From the IMG/VR virus record IMGVR_UViG_3300029305_004466: a stretch of DNA of 64,000 nucleotides. One strand, given 5' to 3'. This DNA comes from a virus (taxonomy: Duplodnaviria > Caudoviricetes). Positions 29,001 to 37,397 of this stretch are shown here, piece by piece (positions within the stretch are counted from its first letter, which is position 1; each line of letters begins with the position of its first letter). The notes beneath the pieces were generated by a model. The model made no database searches and was not told the DNA's origin. It saw only the letters and a program-made list of their open reading frames with translations. Position numbers and translations under genes: made by a program.

Positions 29001-29545
29001 TTATAGACATCAAGAAAGAGAAGGAGTTAAAAATGTTAGGAGAGGCAACTCCAAGACAATTCCCACTTAAAGAAAAAGATTATAAGCGTAAAGATAAACT
29101 TGCACTTGAGAAATTTTACATGGGCAGTTATATATCTGAACATCCATTGGATAGTTTCGCTTATGAAGATTTCCAGAGTGCCAATGAAAATCAGTTAATA
29201 AAGAGTACATTTATAGTAAGTGCTGCTTCTCTTAAGGAAACAAAAAAGAAAAAGAAGTATTTATCCATTAAGTGTACTGATAAAACTGATTCGGAAACAA
29301 CTATTAATGTCTTCAATGAAAATTTAGCGTTAACTCTTAAATCTGATATTAAAAAGAACAGCATTATAATTGTTGAAGGAAATGTAAACCATCAGTTCAA
29401 CAATATAAATGCTAAGAATGTTAAGATAGCAATGAAAAAGATTGTAGATACTGAAGACATGGATATTCCAGAATATGAAAGAATAGATGAAACTCCTGTA
29501 TCTCAGGAACCAGAAGATGTTTTAAAGAGTATCTTTGGAATATAA
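26072..29545 (+). CDS. dnaE: DNA polymerase III alpha subunit (DnaE type)
   Basis: PHP HIHCH/TDHG/DSH, GPGRGSAA, PDIDTD, HAGG, YSFNKSHA, C-terminal OB fold. Confidence 0.97.
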   Translation: MSKIDFAHIHCHTCYSIQDAMPQLKDYVNAIYKQNQNSSKYNIVGFAMTDHGVLHGITDHYRACNEPDFPERKTKALYGIEVYHCEDINNNPNKDRFHLVLIAKDDTGLHNIYKIASHAGMNLIEGRQKNFPTTDFNFLKAHGKGIIASSACLGGIIPKLITDGRYDDAKSWAISFREIFDEFYLEIQALDCTEQLIVNAGLVQMSNETGIPLVITSDSHYINKGDAAYHNILKDISHQLKFSEPAHLKTPEELEDYCMLHNIPLSCLSNTGVIASHCTANPKPVNNRYLLPVFPCPQGYTEETYLRKLAFEELKKKLIKNKIPNPTKYIKEMLYELEVICNAGYAGYFLILWDWFKWCRENDILTGPGRGSAAASIVSYALDITKVDPVKNGFIFERFLNPGRLSFPDIDTDIPRSKRGEAIAYLQQRYGFDNVSQIITFGKYKLKNVTKDVMSNLGCPFQEANAITKDIPDMIDGKEVTWDLIEGIATDPSNEKYTNFTEQEKAQVANIYNKYQDLFRKYPTVYDAIKSICGCIKSTGIHAGGVIVCREPIKNHMGILAPTGSAVLPIIQIAMNDLEFYGFLKIDALGLSTLDVIKEAMDLAGLDYDWYDSEDYSDSKVYEMLRNDETTDIFQMAGYMATKLINDFKVDDIEGLTAVNAGNRPGPLEKDPKTGKSMTDLYTERRQTGVVPSIDPRIDPLLTKTFGCIWYQEDCMNLGKVMAGYDAGGADSRIRTVLGKKKMKMIPEIRNEFVYGKASIFNEKHEVTGMSEDNSKWCAGAINHGFSEELAKQIFESMEAFAKYSFNKSHAFCYAVVAYKTAYLSLYYPVEFAIANCTVNEEEEKIVATLSLAKKRKIPVLAPDINKSGTGFSYEMDGVKECVRYGLKAIKGVGAKVVEFISKYKQLTKTTFADFDDFYNKIHADDAIVNNLVNEIRVQTGKNSPNPMKKDVEVALILSGAFDYCEPNRYKLLNHYVIDIKKEKELKMLGEATPRQFPLKEKDYKRKDKLALEKFYMGSYISEHPLDSFAYEDFQSANENQLIKSTFIVSAASLKETKKKKKYLSIKCTDKTDSETTINVFNENLALTLKSDIKKNSIIIVEGNVNHQFNNINAKNVKIAMKKIVDTEDMDIPEYERIDETPVSQEPEDVLKSIFGI

Positions 29546-29549
29546 AAAA

Positions 29550-29590
29550 TTGCTTCCTGTAACATTTTGTGATAGAATAGTATTATCACA
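29550..29590 (+). promoter_or_regulatory. SigA-type extended -10 promoter with inverted repeat
   Basis: TTGCTT-17-TAGAAT with TGn; TGTGATA/TATCACA repeat at 29568-29590. Confidence 0.65.
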
Positions 29591-29611
29591 TTGAAAGAGT
29601 AGGTGTATTAA

Positions 29612-29872
29612 ATGCAGAATGAAATTGACGCAGGTTTAATGAATTATATGTTATCCAATGCATACAAACTTCATAAAACAGGTTTAAAAGCCCAGAAGCC
29701 ATTACCAGTTGATGACTTGAATCCAGATGAAGCAATCAAAGTGGCAAATGAATTGATTGAAGTATTGGCAAGGCACAATCTGTCTTATAAAAATGCATAT
29801 AGAATATCGCTTGCTCTTACAACAGCATTAGCTGAAGGTGGTGTAGAGCTTTACAAAAGCGAACATCAATAA
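29612..29872 (+). CDS. Hypothetical protein
   Basis: AGGTG RBS. Confidence 0.7.
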   Translation: MQNEIDAGLMNYMLSNAYKLHKTGLKAQKPLPVDDLNPDEAIKVANELIEVLARHNLSYKNAYRISLALTTALAEGGVELYKSEHQ

Positions 29873-29876
29873 ACAA

Positions 29877-29891
29877 AATCCCTTCGGGATT
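29877..29891. promoter_or_regulatory. Recurrent mini-hairpin AATCCC-TTC-GGGATT (copy 2)
   Basis: Identical to 7514-7528; upstream of ssb. Confidence 0.55.
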
Positions 29892-29927
29892 ATAATATAA
29901 ATATTTATTTTAAAGGAGTGAGACATC

Positions 29928-30506
29928 ATGTTAAACATGAACAACATTTGTATCTTCGAAGGAAGAACAACAAGCAACCAGAAATTTTCACAGTTTAACG
30001 GACAAAACGGACCAGTAGATAAGGCGAACTTCAGTATTTCTGTACCAAGAATACTGAGTGCTCAGCAGAAGCAGGACCCAAATGCTAAAAAGGTAGACTT
30101 TATCAATTGTTCTATGATTGGTGCTCAGGTTAAAACCTTACAGCAGCATTTCCCAGCTGGAACACCTATTAAGGTTGTTGCAAAGTACACTGAATATGAA
30201 ACAGTTGACAGTGCTACAGGACAGAAGAAATACGGCAACATCTTCGAAGTAGAAAGCATCGGTTTCGTAACTACTCCAGCACAGAATCAGGGACAGAATG
30301 GTAACGGTGGTAACTATCAGCAGAACAATGGCGGATATCAACAGAATAACAACGGTTATCAGGCTCCTCAGAATAACGGTGGATATCAGCAGAATTATCA
30401 GCAACCTGCACAGAACCAGCCACAGCAGAACTATATGGGACAGCCACAGCAGAATGCACAGCAGGGCAACTTCCAGATGTTCGGAGAAGATAACTTCCCA
30501 TTTTAA
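29928..30506 (+). CDS. ssb: Single-stranded DNA-binding protein
   Basis: NICIFEGR, DFINC OB fold; Q/N/G-rich linker; acidic tip EDNFPF. Confidence 0.88.
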   Translation: MLNMNNICIFEGRTTSNQKFSQFNGQNGPVDKANFSISVPRILSAQQKQDPNAKKVDFINCSMIGAQVKTLQQHFPAGTPIKVVAKYTEYETVDSATGQKKYGNIFEVESIGFVTTPAQNQGQNGNGGNYQQNNGGYQQNNNGYQAPQNNGGYQQNYQQPAQNQPQQNYMGQPQQNAQQGNFQMFGEDNFPF

Positions 30507-30522
30507 TTAAAGGAGAGCAGAC

Positions 30523-30873
30523 ATGAATAATAATAAAAATGCAGTAGTAGATATGCTATTTTATTACATTCATTCTCTCATCAGACAAGGTGTTGAAGAC
30601 CCTTTACAAGTTGTCGCTACTGAACTTCCAGAAATGATTCACTGTTCTATGGAACAGATAGAATACGTTAAAATGAATGTTCTGCAAGACGGCAAATTGG
30701 TAGATAATCTTGACTCCTCTATAGGACTTCTTAGTTCTATGGAGGAGTCTAAATCTTTAGACTTGGAAAGTATAAAGATTATAAAGGGCATCCTTGAAAT
30801 TATGAGAGATAATGCAAAGGAATCTTTAGAGAAAGTGTTTGGTGAAGAAAATGACGACAGTGACGAAGAATGA
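30523..30873 (+). CDS. Hypothetical protein
   Basis: AAGGAG RBS. Confidence 0.75.
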   Translation: MNNNKNAVVDMLFYYIHSLIRQGVEDPLQVVATELPEMIHCSMEQIEYVKMNVLQDGKLVDNLDSSIGLLSSMEESKSLDLESIKIIKGILEIMRDNAKESLEKVFGEENDDSDEE

Positions 30874-30997
30874 GGAATTTGACCGTTCTGAAGATTTTAG
30901 TCCAGAAGAAATGTATGATGAAGAGCCCGAATACAGATATGTATCTCTTGAAGATAAATTAAGAGATGTTGGTATGAGTATTCGTGACTTTATTTAG
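30851..30997 (+). CDS. Small acidic hypothetical protein (48 aa), not in ORF track
   Basis: MTTVTKNEEF...LRDVGMSIRDFI; fills the gap before recA. Confidence 0.55.
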   Translation: MTTVTKNEEFDRSEDFSPEEMYDEEPEYRYVSLEDKLRDVGMSIRDFI

Positions 30998-31006
30998 GAG
31001 GTAAAC

Positions 31007-32164
31007 ATGGATAACGATAAGCAAAAAGCTCTTAATGATGCTATGAGCAAAATCAATAAAAAGTTTGGAGCTGGTACAGTAACTACAGCCAGCAATGCAA
31101 AAGATAAGCTTACCAAAAGAACCATTAAAACTCCTTCCATTGAGTTTAATAATATGTTAGGTGGCGGTATGAAAGCATTTATTGAACTTTATGGACCGCC
31201 AAGTTCCGGTAAGACTAGTATGGCTATTGAAACGCTTGCGTATAACCAGAAGTTAGACCCTAACTTTGTTGGTGCATGGCTTGAAACAGAAGGTTCTGTT
31301 ACTGAAGAAATTCTTGCTTTGCATGGTGTTGACTTAAATCGTCTTGTATATTGGAATCAGGAAGACGTAGGAGATGCAGAAAATGCATTGGATGTTATTC
31401 GTTCTCTTGTTTCCTCTGGTGCTGTAGATTTGGTAATCGTAAATAGTATTGCAGGTCTGGCACCTAAGACAGAAATGGAAGATGATTTGGAAAAGCAGAA
31501 CATTGCTCTTGTAGCAAGACTGTTAAGTAAATTCTTCAGAGTTATTACTGGTGCAGCGAATAAGAACAAAGTAACTATGATTTTTATCAATCAGGTAAGA
31601 GATAAAGTTGGTGTAATGTTCGGTAATCCAGAAACAACTACTGGTGGACGAGCTATTCCATTCTACATGTCTCAGAGAGTAAGAATGAACAGCCTTAAGA
31701 TTATGGCTGCCGACCCTATTGATGAAAATGAAGGCGTAAAGATTTCCTGTATTGTACAGAAAAACAGATTCGGTAATCCGGGTAACAAAGCCACTTATTA
31801 TGCTAACTATAAGACTGGTATTGATAATATTGTTGTCTTACCTGCATTGTTACAGGAAGCTGGTATTGTAAGACAGGCTGGTGCATGGTGGTATTATGAA
31901 GACGCTAATGGACATCCGTATACAGTTAACGGTGTTGAATGTAAGTTCAAGTCAAAGAATGCTTTCCTTGATGAGTTAAGAACAAATGATGTATTAAGAG
32001 AAGAGCTTCAGAATAAGCTTGAAAACATCGGCATTAAGGGTGAAGTTGTAACTGATGAAGAACTTGCAGAAATCAATGCAGAAAACGCAGCTATCGAGTC
32101 CGAGATGGCTAAGATTGCAGAGGAATATAGTGCAGACGCAGATAGCCCAGAAAGCGAAGATTAA
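31007..32164 (+). CDS. recA: RecA recombinase
   Basis: GPPSSGKTS, FINQVRDKVGVMFGNPETTTGGRA, QAGAWW. Confidence 0.95.
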   Translation: MDNDKQKALNDAMSKINKKFGAGTVTTASNAKDKLTKRTIKTPSIEFNNMLGGGMKAFIELYGPPSSGKTSMAIETLAYNQKLDPNFVGAWLETEGSVTEEILALHGVDLNRLVYWNQEDVGDAENALDVIRSLVSSGAVDLVIVNSIAGLAPKTEMEDDLEKQNIALVARLLSKFFRVITGAANKNKVTMIFINQVRDKVGVMFGNPETTTGGRAIPFYMSQRVRMNSLKIMAADPIDENEGVKISCIVQKNRFGNPGNKATYYANYKTGIDNIVVLPALLQEAGIVRQAGAWWYYEDANGHPYTVNGVECKFKSKNAFLDELRTNDVLREELQNKLENIGIKGEVVTDEELAEINAENAAIESEMAKIAEEYSADADSPESED

Positions 32165-32852
32165 TTACCCTTTCTTTGTAGATGCTTTATTATCTAAATA
32201 CGAACAGCAAATGCGGGACTTTTTAATGTATGATTTTAATATTAGTCTTAAATCTATGTTGTTAAAGTACAATTATAAAGAGTTTGATAAGTATTTCTTT
32301 AACAGTTGTAGGCAAACGGCTATTTTTGGAGCAGCGGTATTAAGTATGAAGTTCCCAGAATATACCTATAAAGCATATGAGGCAACGTTTAATGATACGT
32401 TATTTGGAAGACCAGTAACGTATCAACATTGCTTCATAATAGCAACAAGTAAAGAAATAAATAGAAATATCTTAATTGATATGGCTAGAACTACAAACCC
32501 TTTAGTGTTTGAACCTATTAATGAAAATCATTTTTATCCTAACGTAGATAATTATAAAGATTTAGAAATGACTTCATGTATGGAATTACCATATGAAATG
32601 TTAATATTGTGTACACCTCAGGAATATCTAACAGGTTTACCAAGCACACAGTTCTTAAGTGAACTGCTTGAATTCATTGATAATTATCAAAAGTCTACTT
32701 CAACAGAAAAGGATAAATTGGTTCAGACTATTTATGATTATCCATTTAAGAAAATGGAACAGTTCAAACTTGAAAACAATATACTGGATGGTGAAATGAA
32801 TGGCGACAGATTTATCGGGATTGAACGTACAACAGAAAAATGCAATACTTGA
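32055..32852 (+). CDS. Hypothetical protein with Cys-His-Asp spacing of papain/transglutaminase-like fold; start uncertain, probably downstream of recA
   Basis: SCRQ...QHCF...LIDM. Confidence 0.65.
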   Translation: MKNLQKSMQKTQLSSPRWLRLQRNIVQTQIAQKAKINYPFFVDALLSKYEQQMRDFLMYDFNISLKSMLLKYNYKEFDKYFFNSCRQTAIFGAAVLSMKFPEYTYKAYEATFNDTLFGRPVTYQHCFIIATSKEINRNILIDMARTTNPLVFEPINENHFYPNVDNYKDLEMTSCMELPYEMLILCTPQEYLTGLPSTQFLSELLEFIDNYQKSTSTEKDKLVQTIYDYPFKKMEQFKLENNILDGEMNGDRFIGIERTTEKCNT

Positions 32853-34737
32853 ATCTTTAGATAGTAATGTCGCCTTATTTGCAGGTGCAGGGTCAGGTAA
32901 GACAAAGACTATTGTTAAAAGAGTAGAGTATTTGATTGAGACTATGGGTGTTGAGCCTGAAAATATCATGATGATTACTTTTACAAATAAAGCCGCAAGA
33001 GAAATCGTTGAACGTGTTAGTGCTGTGAGAAAAGATGCATGGAAAATGTGGATAGGAACCTTTCATAGTATATGTGTAAGACTCCTAAGAAAATTCGGAC
33101 ACCACATGAAAATTGATTATTTCTCAATTTTAGATGAAAAAGAATCAAAGGAAATGATTAAAAAAATATGTCTTGGACTGGGAAAAGAATTAAGTAACCA
33201 GAGTATCAAAGACATGAAAGCAAAGATAAGTACTTATAAGAGTAATCTTATTAAACCAGAAAAAGTACTATCTTATTGTATCAACGGTAATTCAGATGAT
33301 GTACTGGTTGCATCTGTATATAGGGAATATCAAAACCAATGTTGGAAAGAAAAAAGCTTTGACTTTGATGATTTGATTATATATACAATAATGTTACTGT
33401 CTTCTTACCCAGAAGTAAGAGAATGGGTACACAGTAATATTAAGTACGTAATGACTGATGAATGTCAGGATACCAGTACAGACCAGTTCCAGTTAATTAA
33501 ATTGCTGGTTGGTGACAACAACTTATTCATTTGTGGAGATATTAATCAGAGTATTTATGGCTTTAGAAATGCTAGACCAGAATATCTGAATAGCTTTTGC
33601 GATATATATCCAAATACTAAGATGCTTAAGTTGGAGTTGAATTACAGGTCTACAAAGAATATTATTGATGCAGCGAATGCTGTTATCAATAAAAATACTT
33701 TTGGTGTAAAAATTAACATGAACACAATAAATGAAATTGGAGATAAAATAGGAGTTAAATATTTCGATGGGATTATTCCTAATACGAATAATGAAGTAGC
33801 AGAAGCTAAATGGATTGCTTCTGAAATTAAACTTCTTGTTGGTATGAGAAAGAAAACATATGAAGATTTTGCGATTATATATCGAACCAATATCCAAAGT
33901 AAAGACTTGGAAAAGGTATTCATGCAAGCAGGAATCCCATATACAGTTATCGGAGCATCCTCATTCTGGGGCTCTAAAGAAATGAAAGATATATTGGCAT
34001 TCTGTAAAACTATATTTAATCCTAATGATATAAACTCCTTTAAAAGAGCATTATCCACTATCAGAGGAGTGGGTAAGACTACAATAGATAAGATATTAGG
34101 TTACATGAAAAACAATAACTTAAAGTCTTGTGATGTGTTATCTCATATAGCACTTAACAAAAAGGACTTATATAAAGTTAGTGCAAATTCACAAGCAGAA
34201 TTGCATTTGCTTAATAAGTTGTTGAATTCAGGCTTTACAAAATGTAGTGAAGTGGCTGACTATGTAATCAATAATACTTCATATGCAGAAGAGTTACGTT
34301 TAAGTAATTCTGAAGAAGCAAAGGAAAAACTTGAAATTATAAATGAAACCATTGAGGCTTTCTTACAGTTTGAAGCAACTGGGGATGATGCTGGCTCTGT
34401 TATTGACCAGATTTCTCTTATGTCTGATACAAAAGGACAAGACAAAGAAGACCTTAATGTTGTTAAGCTCATGTCTGCTCATTCATGTAAAGGACTTGAG
34501 TTTGATACTGTTTTTGTAAGTGGAGCAGAAGAAGGGTTATTCCCTCACTGGAACTCCCTTAAATCTAGTAACGCTGCAAAAGAAATCGAAGAAGAGAGAA
34601 GATTATTTTATGTAGCAATGACTAGAGCAAAGAAAAAACTATATATTACATCATGTAAGAAACGAAAAGACCAAGACGTAAAAGTAAGTCGTTTTGTTAA
34701 TGAAATCCCAACTTATTTAACAGAAGAGTGCTTCTAA
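32800..34737 (+). CDS. pcrA: UvrD/PcrA SF1 helicase
   Basis: AGAGSGKT, TFTNKAA, DECQD, QSIYGFR, NYRS, KGLEF, EERRLFYVAMTRA. Confidence 0.96.
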   Translation: MATDLSGLNVQQKNAILESLDSNVALFAGAGSGKTKTIVKRVEYLIETMGVEPENIMMITFTNKAAREIVERVSAVRKDAWKMWIGTFHSICVRLLRKFGHHMKIDYFSILDEKESKEMIKKICLGLGKELSNQSIKDMKAKISTYKSNLIKPEKVLSYCINGNSDDVLVASVYREYQNQCWKEKSFDFDDLIIYTIMLLSSYPEVREWVHSNIKYVMTDECQDTSTDQFQLIKLLVGDNNLFICGDINQSIYGFRNARPEYLNSFCDIYPNTKMLKLELNYRSTKNIIDAANAVINKNTFGVKINMNTINEIGDKIGVKYFDGIIPNTNNEVAEAKWIASEIKLLVGMRKKTYEDFAIIYRTNIQSKDLEKVFMQAGIPYTVIGASSFWGSKEMKDILAFCKTIFNPNDINSFKRALSTIRGVGKTTIDKILGYMKNNNLKSCDVLSHIALNKKDLYKVSANSQAELHLLNKLLNSGFTKCSEVADYVINNTSYAEELRLSNSEEAKEKLEIINETIEAFLQFEATGDDAGSVIDQISLMSDTKGQDKEDLNVVKLMSAHSCKGLEFDTVFVSGAEEGLFPHWNSLKSSNAAKEIEEERRLFYVAMTRAKKKLYITSCKKRKDQDVKVSRFVNEIPTYLTEECF

Positions 34738-34786
34738 TTACAAATGGTCATAAAAACAGGTATTATTAATATGGAGGTAAATTCAT

Positions 34787-35431
34787 ATGTCTTATAATTA
34801 TGAAGAAAAATCTGCACCAAAACTTGACGAAGCTTTTAGGCAAAAATTCATTATCAACATAGGCAAAGGCGGAGCAGAAGCTATTAAAGTAGACGGTTTA
34901 ATTGCATTGGCACATGAAAAAGGCATTAAGTCTATGAAGACTAAAATCATTCAGTTCCCAAGTCAGGAAAATCAGTTTACTTGTATTGCATCAACAACAG
35001 TCATCGGTTATGATTGGAATCCTGCTACTAAGCAGATTGAAGAAGTAGAGTTTGAAGATTTTGCAGATGCGAATCCAAATAACTGTACAGCTATGACTAA
35101 AGCATCTTTCATTAGAATGGCATCAACAAGAAGTGTTGGTAGAGCTTTAAGAAAGTATACCAATATTGATATGGTATGCTCTGATGAAATTGCAAATGCT
35201 GTTGATATTGTTGAACCAATGATAGATATGGACCAGTTGATGACAATTAAGAATCTGGTTTCTACAAAGGGTATAACACCAGAAGCATTCCAGAAGATTT
35301 TGTTGCAAAGATATGGACATACCAATTATCAAGGACTTACAATGAAGCAAGGTCATGAAGTAGTTGAAGTACTCCAGAGTATTTCTGCTCAACAGCCACA
35401 GCAAACACAGACCGAAGCTCAAAGTCAGTAA
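34787..35431 (+). CDS. Rad52/Sak-like single-strand annealing protein
   Basis: MASTRSVGRALR helix after a beta-sheet; context of recombination genes. Confidence 0.6.
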   Translation: MSYNYEEKSAPKLDEAFRQKFIINIGKGGAEAIKVDGLIALAHEKGIKSMKTKIIQFPSQENQFTCIASTTVIGYDWNPATKQIEEVEFEDFADANPNNCTAMTKASFIRMASTRSVGRALRKYTNIDMVCSDEIANAVDIVEPMIDMDQLMTIKNLVSTKGITPEAFQKILLQRYGHTNYQGLTMKQGHEVVEVLQSISAQQPQQTQTEAQSQ

Positions 35432-35443
35432 GGAGCTAAAATC

Positions 35444-36166
35444 ATGCATGGAGACACGAAAAAAATAGCAATCGTACTATCACTATTGTTAACAGCATTT
35501 TTGGTAGCAACTGATGCTATGAACCATGATGATAAAGAATTAGTTACTGAGGTGCTTGTTACAGAAGCACCTCAGATAACAATTACTAATACACCTACGC
35601 CAACACCAACTAATACACCGACTCCTACACCTAGTAATACACCAACGCCAACTGTAACTAATACACCAACACCTACTCCAATTGAAGAGGAACTTGAGAT
35701 TTTTGGGAACATAGAGCCCTATAAGTACTATGAAGTTTATGATTATTATTATCACTCCAACAAGTATCATGCATTGGATTTTAAACTTCAAGAGTATACA
35801 TATGATTTGTGTGTAGAATATGGAATAACAGATTATTTCACACTAATATTATGTCAGTTGTTTTATGAGTCAAGTTACAGACCAACTGCAATAAGCAAAA
35901 CAAATGATTATGGTATTGCACAGATAAATACTTGTAATCATGAATGGTTGTCAAAGGAATTAGGAATAACAGATTTTCTTGACCCAAAACAAAGTATATT
36001 GTGTAATATATATATGATGAGTGGTTATATTGAAAAATATGGCCCAGAAAAAGCTTTGACTAAATATAATACAGGAAAAGCTAAAACTCCCAACAAATAT
36101 GCTAAGAACATAATGTATATGTGGGAAAATGGAGTTAGAGAAATTAAACAGGAGGTTGAACCATGA
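35444..36166 (+). CDS. Membrane-anchored lytic transglycosylase (SLT)
   Basis: N-terminal hydrophobic helix, Pro/Thr linker, ES..GIAQIN, KYNTG. Confidence 0.85.
   Translation: MHGDTKKIAIVLSLLLTAFLVATDAMNHDDKELVTEVLVTEAPQITITNTPTPTPTNTPTPTPSNTPTPTVTNTPTPTPIEEELEIFGNIEPYKYYEVYDYYYHSNKYHALDFKLQEYTYDLCVEYGITDYFTLILCQLFYESSYRPTAISKTNDYGIAQINTCNHEWLSKELGITDFLDPKQSILCNIYMMSGYIEKYGPEKALTKYNTGKAKTPNKYAKNIMYMWENGVREIKQEVEP
35585..35680 (+). repeat. Coding tandem repeat (TNTPTPTP linker)
   Basis: Four degenerate 24-bp units. Confidence 0.85.
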
Positions 36167-36696
36167 TTACAGTTTACAGTTATGATAATGCTCGTAACAT
36201 ACTTGATTTATTTTCAAAGAATCAGGTTGTAGCATTAAAAATTTACCAAGATGATTCTTTTGGTGATTATGTATTTGATTTTAATACTTTAGAAGATTAC
36301 CCAGAAGAGGAACAGGCAGAATTACGTTTACGTTTTAATGAAAAGAATCTCAGTGCTTTTGTTAAAGCAACCAAGGCATTAAATGATTTCATTGCTATGA
36401 AAGAAATTGACAATGTACAATTCTTTAATATGAAATTTGAGATTGGTGAAGTATTCTCTTGTACAAAATCTTTTGGGGAAAAAGAGACTGAAGAACCTTC
36501 AGATGAAAACTATGAAGACTTCATAAATAAATTCGAAAAGTACGTAACAAAAGCTGGAGCATTTAAAATGAATATTCCAGAATTGTTTGTGAAAAATACT
36601 GCTCCTAGTAATGGTAAACAGCGTAACGCTAAATATGTTACTATTACATTTGGTCAGTTAATAAATAAATTAAAGGATGTGAATTTGGATGCCTAA
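36163..36696 (+). CDS. Hypothetical protein
   Basis: AGGAGG RBS. Confidence 0.75.
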   Translation: MITVYSYDNARNILDLFSKNQVVALKIYQDDSFGDYVFDFNTLEDYPEEEQAELRLRFNEKNLSAFVKATKALNDFIAMKEIDNVQFFNMKFEIGEVFSCTKSFGEKETEEPSDENYEDFINKFEKYVTKAGAFKMNIPELFVKNTAPSNGKQRNAKYVTITFGQLINKLKDVNLDA

Positions 36697-37072
36697 AACC
36701 ATTTTAAAAATTGGTAATGACATCCTTGAGTATAACACTTTTGATAAAACGATACCTGCCGAATTTTACAAGGCAGGTATTTTTTTGTCTTCGGCAGAAA
36801 CTACTTGGATGTTACCATTCCAAAGAAAAAATATTTTAATGAATGAAAAAGTAAGTTTGCCAGATGATTCAATGGGATTGATAACTCAGTGTAATATTTA
36901 TGGATTAATTCCTCAAGTAATAACATCTAATAAACATACTAAAGGAACAGTAATATATCTGTATATAAGAAATGGATTATTGCCGAGAAGGATAAAAGCA
37001 GGTGAACAAATTGCTATAATGCATGTGCTTCCTTGTCTTGAATTACACTATATACAAAATGATGAAATATAA
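36689..37072 (+). CDS. Degenerate dUTPase-fold protein
   Basis: AGIFLSSAE..LP, SLPDDSMGLI, IRN..IKAGEQIA pattern; catalytic motifs absent. Confidence 0.55.
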   Translation: MPKTILKIGNDILEYNTFDKTIPAEFYKAGIFLSSAETTWMLPFQRKNILMNEKVSLPDDSMGLITQCNIYGLIPQVITSNKHTKGTVIYLYIRNGLLPRRIKAGEQIAIMHVLPCLELHYIQNDEI

Positions 37073-37075
37073 AAG

Positions 37076-37104
37076 TAGACTAGTAGTATTATTTATGTTA
37101 AGAT
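37076..37104 (+). promoter_or_regulatory. Possible SigA-type promoter
   Basis: TAGACT-17-TAAGAT with TGn. Confidence 0.4.
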
Positions 37105-37124
37105 AAATCAGGAGGTGCAATAAA

Positions 37125-37388
37125 ATGTTACAAATTACAATCGAACACTACAAAGACGAGGCATCATGCATACAGAAAATCTGTACCGAAACAGAAATGC
37201 TTGCACAGGTGCAGGATAATGTTATTGATTTAGATGTGTGTATCCCATATATTGATGAAGATATTGTGGTATATCATATCTATTCTGAAGATGCAAAGAA
37301 AAACTTTATTACAAACGCTGTTTTAAAAGCAGTAGAGATTGACCCTGCTACAAAAACAAAATGCATTAGATTTGCTCCAAAAAAATAG
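37125..37388 (+). CDS. Hypothetical protein
   Basis: AGGAGGT RBS. Confidence 0.7.
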   Translation: MLQITIEHYKDEASCIQKICTETEMLAQVQDNVIDLDVCIPYIDEDIVVYHIYSEDAKKNFITNAVLKAVEIDPATKTKCIRFAPKK

Positions 37389-37397
37389 GAGGTTATT

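Noticed and set aside
4441-29545. Inteins or introns in nrdD or dnaE
   Set aside because: Both are uninterrupted, of normal length, with no splicing motifs seen
30280-30480. CAG/AAC-rich repeats and overlapping ORFs
   Set aside because: Low-complexity Q/N/G linker of SSB
35585-35680. 24-bp periodic repeats resembling a mini CRISPR or iteron array
   Set aside because: Degenerate at third codon positions and encode a Pro/Thr linker; no spacers
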